Source of the DNA: Anthoceros angustus
Taxonomy: Eukaryota > Plantae > Anthocerotophyta
Assembly: GCA_010909165.1 (NCBI GenBank)
Contig: MU008182.1
Span: 186,001 to 250,000 of the forward strand
Direction of reading: 5' to 3'
DNA: 64,000 bases
Below, in pieces: positions 38,674 to 48,934 of this stretch. A model generated the notes under the pieces. It saw nothing but the letters and a program-made list of their open reading frames with translations. It had not been told where the DNA came from and did no database searches. Positions within the stretch are counted from its first letter, which is position 1. The number at the start of each line of letters is the position of its first letter. The translations under genes and the position numbers were made by a program.

Positions 38674-41600
38674 TGTGAAGGAAAACCCGGGCTTCCGAGG
38701 CTTCCTCTAGCTGCCACACTTATCCCACCGCCGCCTGGACGCTGGGTTTCGTCCCATGAGGCTTGTGTGAAAGCTCTAGGTCTTGTGGAAACAATCACAC
38801 CGCAGCGGACACAACTTCTCACCTTCTAAACAAGCAAGGCGCCTCTACTCCCTCTTACAATAGCCGCACCACTTGCACCGCCCGAAAATCACCAATCGAC
38901 CTACAACGACACAACACAAGTGTCCCGCCTCAGCAGCCACGGCGCCAGTGGACCCCCGATCCACACCGCATTTCGTCCCTACTTAAGACCAACTCTTCTC
39001 CACTGTGAGCGCTTTTACTTGCATTTGGGATCTGGCCCCTTAGGCTCGCGTGGCCTTCCACTAACACCTACACCTCTAATCCTCTACTCATCTCCTCATC
39101 CTCTTCCTCCTATTCTAACCTCCTGGGCTTTCGCTCGCCTTACGGCACAACCGCCTGGGTCCGCCTCCAGCAAGTTCTTCCTTGGGCGGTTGCTGAGTTT
39201 GACACTGTGACGAGAACCTGTGGAGTCTTTCCTAGTCTACCCTCAAGCCGAGAGTTCCCGGGCATTGCCACACACCCAAAGCAAAGCAATTTCACAAAGA
39301 ACCATTCACAAGGGGAGCAACTCGTTTAGGCACTTGGAGCAAGTCCTCCACCAAGCACTCCGACCACCGCGACTTCCTCTCTACTGAGACGTGTTGGCTC
39401 ACTGCAGAAATTCCTCATGGCAAAGGACTCGATGGAGCGTCGCAAGACATGATACTTTACTTTGTGAAATCCTCCTCCTCTTATAGGAGGCCTTCCACAT
39501 ACAACCTCCCTTGGGTGACCCTCACAGTCACCTTTTCCAATATTCTTATTTCCTACCGCCAAGATTTAAGGCTGGCATCTAAGTCTCCCGATCCTAGGTA
39601 AATTCTATTCTAGCAACTTCACCTATGGCCACTCTTTAATGTTGCCAACCTACACCACCTATCCTTCCCATTCCCCAAAGCTCATTTATGGTCATTGACA
39701 ATTCTCCCTTATCTTGCAGTGGCAGGTTCCCTTGGTTGGTCTTCTCATCCCCTTTTCTCTCCCTTTGCGCTGGTCTTCCCTTTTTGCACTGGTCTTCCCA
39801 CCGACCTCCTCTGACTTTTGGGGTACCTTCCGACCTTTGGGGCACCTTCCCGCCCCTTCTTCCCTCTGGGCGGCGCCGATTCCTCTTGCCATCCAGCAAT
39901 CGCGCCGCACTCGAATGGCCCATCTTCTAGCCTCCACGACGGCGCTCCTTCAAAGGGCACCCTACCGCGGTAGTCCGCAGACTCGGGGTGACTACCTACC
40001 ATGGTAGTCTGGTCCCTATCTCCTTCCCTCTTCCTCCGGTGATGGTCCACAGGGTTGAGATCCTTTTTGCTCCTTTCCTATTGTTTGATTTGTCCATACC
40101 TATCATGGAGCATGTCTTCAAAGGTTCCTCCCCCCATTTGCTGACCGATGTTGTCACCTCGCTAATTCCTCCGGGCCTTCTTTGCGTTGGTCTCCTCTCT
40201 TGGCCCTGGCTCCTCCCTTATCCGTGGGGTGAGGGAATTTCTTACCCCTCCCCCTTCCTCGACGGGTCGGACCCCGTCCTTGTCTCCACCGGTCATTGCT
40301 CCCACCACCTTATCATCTATCGGGGCATGGACCCCGCCCTTCATCCTCAATCAGCCTCGGCTGGCTCCCCTCAGTCCCACGCAGGTACCGCCCACCGCGT
40401 AGTCCGCGACTACCGGCGAGGGTGGTACCTACCACGGTGAGTCCGACTACTGGTAGGGTGGTCACTCACCGTGGTAGGGTGACCCCACCTTGCCCCTGCG
40501 CCATCTCCTTCCTTTGGCGCCGAGGACTCATCCTCCTCTCCTTCACTTGTGGAACAAGTGACCTCCTTGCTCCTCTGCACTTATGTTGGTAGGTTGAGCT
40601 CCTCTTTGTGATTTTTCATTCTCCTAGGGAGACAACCTCCTCCTTAACATCTCGTGGGGCCAAAGTACTTGCCTCCCCTACCATCGCCTCCCTCAACTTG
40701 CATCCATTGCCTCCTTCGAGACCCACGCGGTAGGCCGCCTCCCCCCCGTGAGGCTGCCTCCCCACCGTAGGTTGCCTTCTTCCTCCCCTGTTCCTTATGG
40801 CACTATGGGCTCCTCTCGCCATTTCTTCTCCAAACTCCTCGGAGTCCATATCGCTTGTGACCTCATCAAAATCTAAGGCCCCGGCTTAATGCATGAGGGC
40901 CTCCCTATCATCATCGTGTGGCCCAAGCATCCTCCTCTTCACAATTATTGTAGGCCTCCACACACCATGCCATCGCCCAATATTTTTGGCAATGGGTTTA
41001 CTCCAAACTACCACCATGCGCTTCATGAGTTGGGGTTTCTTGGCCTTGAAACCCTTCACGGCATCCACACAGCTTCCTCGAACCAGCCTCATCATCGCTT
41101 GGCTCTTAGCAATCCCATGAGGAGAACAAACACCAAGCTAAGCACCAAGAACACTAAGGACGTCCCCTCTTAGAAGAAATTCACTCAAAACCAAGCCAAG
41201 GCACACCAAGACCCAAGAAATTGGTGCCACAAGAAAAGAGAACACCAAGAGGAGATGGCGGCATCACTCTTAAGAAGGCACACACGTGCAGAGGGCGCAC
41301 ACAAGCTCTAGCTCACTCCCCTCTGCACTTTTAGACATCCCAGGTCTTCTCATCGACAATTATAGCAACAGCTCCTAAATTGCAGCCATAGATTTGAGTG
41401 GTTGCAAGCATGTGGCCATATCCCATCCATTATTTCGCACCAGCCATAACCTCTAATTTCTATCGTAGCCATCAATCCCCACCATGAATCTAAGGATCCT
41501 TTCCATCCATCTTGCACAAATTCAAGACCCTAGTTGGTTTGCACCAAGAAGGCTCTTAAGTCATCAATCCTTCAGCTCTTGTGCAAGAGCAACATTCCCT

Positions 41601-43612
41601 GCATCTCCTTGGCCCTAGGCGCTCCCATAGAGACCATCCTACCCATCAAAACCCAAGGAAAAGCTCAATCCTCAGCCTCCAAAATCCGGCCGCTGCTGCA
41701 ACTCCCTACTAAGAACTTTCCCAATCAGCTCCCTGTGTCTTTTGCAAATATAAGCTCATACTCCTCACAAAAGGCACCCCATCCGAGTAATGATCCGCCC
41801 ATAGGACGCTTAACTGAGTTCTTATACCCACATATCCAACACACCAAGTTCCTCATGCATTTTGCCATACATTTTGTCATTATTGAACTCCTCACCAAGC
41901 TCCTTCTCCACATTTCTCCTTAGCGAACTCCTTGACCAACTCTCGAATCCTACCTTGCCCAATTCTCCTCGCGCCACCACAACGACCTCCCTTCACACCT
42001 ACTTGCAGCCCAAGCTGAATTTTGCCTTCATGATGCACACCCATTGCGATTCCTTCACCATATTGCAGCCCATCGCAATACCTTCTGTCAGTGCCACCTC
42101 CATCTTGCAGCCCAGCAAATTCAGCTTGCCATGAGAGCTCTACCATGGCCTCTCCTAGTTCGACACGGCCCTATCATGCCATCCTCACATCATTACTCCA
42201 CGCAAGTACTTCCACATGCTTCACGCCATGGCCTCCTCTTGCAAATGACTAGCATTGTGCACCATAACTCAGCTCTCTTCTCTCTTCATCCTTCGCCTTG
42301 TGGCCTTCACCCCGCAACATGTGCTAGGCACTCCAATTCCCTTCCGTAGGGCTGCCTACCTACCAACGAGGCTGCCTACCTACGGTCTTTGGGTACCTGG
42401 CTATAGTGGGTACCCCACCACCCTTGTACGTGTTGTTCCTATCACGGTAGGGTGTGCACCTACCATGGTAGGCGTCTCCTATACACCATTTGGCCCTATC
42501 CTCCGCATCTCTTGAGCTCCTCTGGGGCTCGCTCATGGAGGTTTCCTCCTCCTCGAACCCCTCGGGTTCTACCACGCTTCCTCTTCCTTCGAGTCCTCCA
42601 GCCTTGATGCCGCAGCTTGACGATGCTGCCTCCGAGTGTCATAAAAGGCAATGGTCTTTCCACACCAGGCCTTGACCTCGCCTTGCTCACAATTCCCTAG
42701 CTCTTATACCCTTGCTTTTGACGAGTTTCCAATTGCTGTGATTTCGAAGAAGGAATTCTCTAAGGTTCAGGATTCTTACATCTTCTCCAAGTTGAGAGTC
42801 CCTTCTCCGCAATTTCTCTTCAATTTTGACATGCCTTGCTCTTCCCAACACCTTTGGGCTTGGGCAAGCATTGCCTTCTTCCTTCCACCCGGCCCTTTCC
42901 TTCCTTCTTCTTCTCTTGTTGCACCCCTACTTGTCTTGCCTATTTTCCTCTCTCGCCTAGCTTGCGCCTCTTCTCTATCCTGCACAGCGCACGACATCGT
43001 AATCTGTGTGGGGCTCTTCTACAGACTCTTGGTGTGGCGGCGCCTTCCTGCGTGTTGGCGCTTCCTCACCTTCAAGTTGTGACCTCCTACACACATGCAG
43101 ATTATAAAGATAACTTGGGGTTAGGAATGGTAACTACCAATCTACTCGCCTTGGATATGCACCACGTGGCACCTTTTCTGTTGATTGGAGTTTCCCAATT
43201 CCTCTTATACTAAGATACTATTTTCCCCTAGTTTCCTAACGGCCCAATCTAGCTTTTAATTTCCTATTGACCCATTTATCTAGTCCACTATTGGTGGGCA
43301 TATATAGTGGATATACCTATCCTAATCCTTTTTAGCCGAGATTTCTACCCACCGGTAGTCTCCAGCTACCGGTAGTCTCCCTCCAATCTGAGTGGCCAGT
43401 GTAGGTCACACCACCGCCTCTCGGCCGCCTCCTTGCCCGCCCACTCGCCATTTGACCCGCTTTTCCCTCGATATCCTCTGCTTCCTAACATCCTACAACT
43501 CCGCTTCAAGATTCAGAAAATTCCGGCATGATCCTTCCAATCGATTTTAGCCAAAAAATCAAGTTCGTTCTTCCTCCGGCTCTTTTAATGGTTGCAGACT
43601 TTGCATTCCACA
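38674..43612 (-). mobile_element. 4,939-bp composite, pol-less LTR-element insertion
   Basis: TG...CA ends with exact 5-bp TSD CTAGG. Contains an LTR at 39206-39654 (purine tract GGGGAATGGGAAGGATAGGTGG adjacent, TATA-like CCTATAAGAGG), a degenerate gag-like region and an LTR at ~42750-43612. Confidence 0.75.
39950..42560 (-). pseudogene. Degenerate gag-like region
   Basis: Minus-strand coding-like E/K-rich fragments between two LTRs; no pol motifs seen. Confidence 0.4.
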
Positions 43613-43664
43613 CTAGGGTTGAGCCTGCTAGACCTAAACACCTGTGTCATCACATGGCGACCGG

Positions 43665-44554
43665 AAGGGTATAGTGCTCGTGGAACTTTTGGAGGCATCG
43701 ACCGCTTGAAGCAAAGTGTGGCATCAAAGTGCTAAGATACGCGTATTGTGACCCGATCCAAAAGCAAGGATTGTCACAAGCGCTGTGAAGAGACTTGATG
43801 GGGAGTACCTAACCTCGACGGGAGTGAAGGTTTTATAAAGGCGATGGATGTTCGCATGATAGGGTTGTCCCATTTGAGTTGTCTTGGGCAACCGGTGGAC
43901 CTTGTCATCGCAGTTGGGAGTGTCAAGGACTATCCTCTGGCAAGGGTCAAGGTCTCAAGGATCCACAACAAACATTGTTCTATGACCGATGAGGATCTTG
44001 CGCTTGATCCGTAAAGGGCAAGAAAGGCCTTGTGGATACATGTTGGAGAATGTGCCAGATGCATGAGCGTGAAGAAGCAAGTTCAGGAGGATTTTGCCAC
44101 GATCCGAGGAGTGTTGGTCGAGCTTCTATTGGATGCATTCAATTTGGTTCGAGGGCTCATAGGTTGAGGTCCATGTGGACTAACCTTGCTCCCTTGGAAC
44201 ATTTGAAGTGTGCGAGGTCGCTCACCAAGCGACCTAATCATGTTGTCAAGGATGTGCTAGCATCGGAAGGCATGCCCAACAAGTCATCAAGACCGACAAG
44301 CCGCCGACTTCCGTGAACACGCCTGACACCCCATGGCGGCTTGGCCAACCTTTGTGTCCAAGTCCAAGTCTTACGCCTTCAGAACCATGGCCCGGCGTTG
44401 TGGGATGACATGGCGAGGTTTTGGAGAGCCAACACCACGAGAGGGAGTTGGCCATGGATTTGATGCCGAGCCACAAGACACCGGAGTGACCGAGAAGGAA
44501 CGGTGTCGATTGCTTGGGCAAGCATTTGACATGAACATGATGACCGTTGTTTAG
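43665..44554 (+). pseudogene. C5 cytosine DNA methyltransferase domain (DNMT3-like motif order) embedded in Gypsy pol, frameshifted
   Basis: Motif I IVLVEL(F)GGI at 43671-43699; CGIKVLRYAYCD; DVRMIG...PVDLVIA(G)WECQGLS (Cys codon 43921-43923); GLKDP...LFYD; motif VI GYMLENV (ENV 44046-44054); motif VIII FGSRAHRLRSMWTNL; motifs IX-X EP...E.ELAM(G)F...GVTEKERCRLLGQAFDMN. Confidence 0.9.
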
Positions 44555-44739
44555 CTACGAGTCGCTTACCAACTTCAAACCAAGAAGGCGGGGTTGAAGC
44601 CGGGTTGGTGGGTGAAGGATATTCCAAGACTATCTCAACAGGAGAAGGCGAGTTTGGAGGGCAAGGAGAGCGAGCACGAGAGGAAGCGCAAGCCATCCGA
44701 GCCACAGCCACATGAGTGGTTAACAGGCCGAGTTGAAGA

Positions 44740-45620
44740 GCAATCAACGCGCCTAAAGGAGTTGTTGGAGGCATCGCGACATGTGTTTGCTTTCACGCTA
44801 TGGAGATGGGGAAGTACACCAAAGGGAAGTTCCACATAGAATCGACTACGGATGAACCAAAGGTTCAGAGGCAGGTGCTCGAAGGCCGAGTGGGATTTGG
44901 TTGAGAATCGATGCCAAGAGCTTCTCAAGCTAGGGCTGATTCGACGATCTAACTCTGACGCATGCGAGGTTTCCAAAAAGAAGGATGAGAATGGATTGTG
45001 GACGGAGAGGAGAATGTGTGGTGACTATCGGCCGTTGAACGAGCGAATCCCACATGACCACTATCCCATGCCATGGCCAAGAGATCTTCGACACCATTGG
45101 GTCTCGCCAAGTTCTTCTCAACATTGGACTTGAGGCTAGGGTTTCACCAAGTAGAGATCGCCAAGAAGACAAGAAGAAAACGCGGGCGTAGATTGCTTGT
45201 ACGAGTGGAACTTACATGCCATTTGGGTTGAAGACATCGCCAACGCAGCTCCAAAGGTACATGGACAATGAGCTCAAGGACTTGCATTTCGCCAAGTGCT
45301 ACATTGATGATGTCATCATCTTCAGCAATACCTTTGAGGAGCATCTACAACATCTTCGAGCGCCTTTGCTAGACTGGTCAGGGGTTGAAGGCCCATCCAG
45401 GAAGTGTCGATTGGAGAGGACAAGGTGTTGTACTTGGGTCATTGGATCACGCGACGGATCTCGCCGCATGCCACCAAGGTGGAGGCAATCGCGCATTCCT
45501 GTGCCAAACGACATCTCGTTGAGGGCATTCTTGGGTTGGCGGTGTTACTGTGAAGTTCATTCCATGGATGAGCAGGATTGCGCCATTGAATGACTTGTTG
45601 AAGAAGTTGGTGACTTGGCG
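44740..45620 (+). pseudogene. Ty3/Gypsy reverse transcriptase
   Basis: ELLKLGLIRRS, KKDENGLWTERRMCGDYRPLN, LDLRLGFHQV, MPFGLK...QRYMD, YIDD (45300-45311), LRAFLG. Confidence 0.95.
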
Positions 45621-45950
45621 TTGGACTCAAGAGGAGGAGTCGGCTTTCATGGAGTTGAAGGGTAGACTCATGAGCTCGCCAATTCTTGGTCATCCAAACT
45701 TCAAGAAGCCATCGACTTTAATCGATTGGAGCAAGTGCGGCAGGGGGTCTTGGCGCGATCAATGACAAGGAAGAGGAACATGTCATTGCCTATGCCACCG
45801 GAGCAACAACCAAGCGGAGTCCAACTACTCGCCTATGAAGGAGAATGTCTTGCAGCAGGGCAATGGACACTTTCGTCCGCATTGTTTGGACATCAATTTT
45901 GACTATCACCACCATCAACCCTGTAATCGTTGATGACGCAAGCTTACGAA
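45620..45950 (+). pseudogene. RT connection and RNase H
   Basis: WTQEEESAFMELKGRLMSSPILGHPNFKKP...DWSKCG, EEHVIAYA, ESNYS.YEGECLA. Confidence 0.85.
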
Positions 45951-45969
45951 GCATGCCGAGACGCAGATC

Positions 45970-46740
45970 GAAACAAGCATGTCATGCTAATGGTGGAGCA
46001 TTTCAAGTGGTAAGGTTGCCATCTTACCCAAGCGTGACTCTCTTACCGAAGGCGTTCTTGGCTTCCGTTCTAGTCGATATGGAGCATGTGCGAGGTTCTC
46101 ACCGACGGCAAAGAATTCGTGGGAATTTCAAGACTTGCTTGACAGAGCTTGATTGATCATCGACCGAGAGATCATCCTCGAGATGGACTTGAACGCTTGG
46201 TGCACGGCCTTGTAAGTATTGTCTCACAAATGACCAAGACATGGGATGAAGGGATGCCATACCTAGTGCTAGGTACAGGGTGAGCAATCAAGACCTTGAG
46301 CAATTTTTCACCATACTACTTGTTGTATGGGCGACAACCATTTTGCCAAACGTGAGGCAAGCAAGGCTACAAGCACCGTGGATTGGCGCAATCCGGATGA
46401 TTGCCTACGAGACCGGAAAGGCGCGAGCTTTTAAACGGATCATGCCCATGGCAATGGAGAACCTTGCCATAGCGCAACAGGGATCAAGCGCTATGCTTAC
46501 ACACGAGGAGGGACATGGAAACCCAAGGTGCGCAAGTTCAAGTTGGAGATTATGTCTACGACGGCCGTGCAACACCTTGGAGGTATCCACCACAGAGTCA
46601 TCTTTGGTCGTAGTAGGCAAAGATGGAGTGCTTGAGCTCAAGGATCCGATGGTCAAGATGGAAGGATCACCTCAAGAACTGCGCACATGCCACTTACCCA
46701 ATTTGGACCCTCAACTACGGCCTAATGTGGGGCCCACCCA
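45970..46740 (+). pseudogene. DDE integrase core and C-terminus, partly deleted
   Basis: HVMLMVEHF(S)KW, SRYGAC.EVLTD.GKEF, LIDHR..RDHP..DGL.ERLV, MPMAMENLAIAQ. Confidence 0.8.
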
Positions 46741-46745
46741 AAGAC

Positions 46746-46889
46746 TTGGAGTGTCGTTTGTGGACGATCGATGATGATGATGTAATGCTTCTTTGTGATC
46801 GGTGCAATAGGGGATACCACATGTTTTGTGTTCAACCACCTCTTGACGACATTCAGGAAGATTGGTTTTGTGCACAATGCACTACATGA
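46746..46889 (+). CDS. PHD finger at the C-terminus of the Gypsy B polyprotein
   Basis: LECRL(C)...DDDVMLLCDRCNRGYHMFCVQPPLDDIQEDWFCAQC, a C4HC3 pattern, then stop. Confidence 0.92.
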   Translation: MECRLWTIDDDDVMLLCDRCNRGYHMFCVQPPLDDIQEDWFCAQCTT

Positions 46890-47210
46890 GGTGCGACGTA
46901 TGTAGTCCTACTAATGATAATGTTGACTTGGAGTCTCACATTATCGGGGATTGGTTTGCACCTATATACTGCGTATTAGATTTGTTTGCTTGGTTGTTGG
47001 TCGAGAAGTGCTTATATGAATTCATGCTTATGCTGCCGTGGTGATACTAATCTACGCACTTGGGTTTAGTGTTTGATTAGCATTAATTAATCTAATTACT
47101 TATCTTTAAGTAAGTAATTAATCTAAGTGCTTATGTTAATTGCATTGATTAGTGTTAATTAATCTAATGTGTTAATTAAGCATTGATTAGTGTTAATTAA
47201 ACATGGTTAG

Positions 47211-47358
47211 CAATAGCTAAGTGGATAAGCTCAAGTAATATGCTTTGGCATATTCCTTGCATATTATAGTGTATTCTTAGGATACAATAGCTAAGTGGAT
47301 AAGCTCAAGTAATATGCTTTGGCATATTCCTTGCATATTATAGTGTATTCTTAGGATA
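47211..47358. repeat. Exact tandem duplication, 2 x 74 bp, in an AT-rich LTR-like tract (~47043-47660)
   Basis: CAATAGCTAAGTGGATAAGC...TTCTTAGGATA at 47211 and 47285. Confidence 0.9.
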
Positions 47359-47659
47359 TTTCTGGCATATGCTGATGCCAATAGGATATCTTAGGAATAT
47401 GCCGATGCCAGGGTCTAGCATATATAGACCCTTCCATTGAGGACAAGCTCAGATCATAGCTTGTCCTCTAGATATGCAATGCAAGGGTGTTGTGAGGAGG
47501 CCAAAGCTATGACTCCGAGAGCGATGTGTGAGGAATTTGCGTGTTGTTCTCGTGGGGAGAGTATGTTTGTGCCACGATGTGCGAGCTACTCCCTCCTGTT
47601 GTTTTGAACAACCAAACTAATACGTTCACATTAGTTTTCAGGTGTCTTTAGTTAGGGTG

Positions 47660-48030
47660 CCCATGATGACTCACACCAAGCGTGTTGAGGCCGTAGGAAT
47701 CATGGGAAAGCAAGGGACCAACTGCCAAGTGAATCAGAGCGTGGAGATTGAGATGGACGCTGGACAAAAAGGAGAGAGGACGCCCATTGTAGGCGTTGAA
47801 GCCGTGCGGCCTCGAGAGGAAGGAGGAAGCATTGCAATTCGGGAATTTTGGTGTGTGGAATGTGTTGATGTTTTCCTTGGGATCGAACTTGGGAGGCGAT
47901 CCGCAACGCAGGGCGCTGATTTGCAATCACCAGCCTCACAATCGTGAGGCCCGCTACATCCAAAATGATGCCGCTCAACAAAGAAAGCGATTTTTCAACA
48001 AGAGACCTCTGCTTTTGATGCGGGACTAGC
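47660..48030 (-). pseudogene. Possible gag N-terminal fragment
   Basis: PPKFDPKENINTF resembles a retrotransposon gag P.kF.g motif; weak. Confidence 0.3.
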
Positions 48031-48880
48031 ACAATTGGTAGTCCATGGTGAGAAGGAGAACCTCAACGCTGCTAATGTGGTGACAGGGTAGCTATACTCG
48101 AGGCCCCAGCGGATACAGTGATCCCCAAGCGGATACACGGGATCCCCAAGCCGGACATGATACCGGATAGCCCCAAGCGCGATATACCGACAAGTTCATA
48201 AATGATACTCCCAGCACATGATGGGGCCAAGATAGGATCTGTTGATACATGTGGACTTCCCAAGATCACCATACTGATAGTCCCAAGCGCAGCCACAATG
48301 GGATGCCCCGATTGCCAGGACACCTTGACCTCGCACGATAATTGGTAAGAAAAGAAAAAAAATGAAAAAAATGAAAAAAGAAACCTAACTAATATGAACA
48401 AAACTATGAGCATCTGCCTCTTTTCTAACTGTGGACCCAAAATTCGGTGTTCCACAAGCGAGCAAGAGATTACACCTATTAGACTAGCGCATCCAAACAA
48501 GTCTCTTGGGATCGAACCCACGTATTCGTCGACCGTGGAATAAGTGTGGCCACTGGCGCTAGCTCTAGGTGACCGGGATGAACCCACCACTTGTGCTCAC
48601 ATGATCTCATTGATTTCCGGCTGTGGCTGAGCGAGGACAACATACAGCTTCAGTAGGTCTGTGACCGCCATTGGGCCTATAACAACCTCGAGCTGGTAGA
48701 GGAATGTTATGCAAGTCTTCACATGATCCCAAGACAATGGGCAGCCTTACCCGAGAAGAACATGAGGACAGACCCTCACTGTTGAACGGTTTGCACCTAT
48801 ACTTGCATTTTAGATTTTTTTTGCTTGATTGTTTATTGAGAAAGTGCTCATCTGAATGCAAGTGCTTACCTCTTGCAACA

Positions 48881-48934
48881 CAGGGGTATCCCTTATCTGA
48901 AACTACTTGGGAACCAGCTGACCACCTTACCAAC
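48881..48934 (+). pseudogene. Chromodomain C-terminal half (chromovirus integrase remnant)
   Basis: QGYPLSETTWEPADHLTN matches W.GY....TWEP..(N/H)L. It starts immediately after an LTR-type end (...TTGCAACA, 48880). Confidence 0.7.

Larger units (their letters stand above)
37317..46889 (+). mobile_element. Ty3/Gypsy element B: gag remnant, PR, [insertion], DNMT, RT, RNase H, INT, PHD
   Basis: Domains are collinear on the + strand; the two halves are joined by TSD CTAGG at 38669-38673 and 43613-43617. Confidence 0.85.

Noticed and set aside
36269-43612. Single intact LTR element bounded by the two TTGCATTCCACA-ending LTRs
   Set aside because: No TSD (CGGTG vs CTAGG), LTR similarity is only partial, and the interior contains the opposite-strand protease of Gypsy B.
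43665-44554. Host DNMT3/DRM gene or bacterial restriction-modification methylase
   Set aside because: Intronless, collinear between Gypsy protease and RT, non-permuted motifs, and no neighbouring endonuclease.
36269-47030. DIRS-type element with inverted terminal repeats
   Set aside because: The element has an aspartic protease and DDE integrase and no tyrosine recombinase; the inverted match is better explained by an oppositely oriented related LTR.
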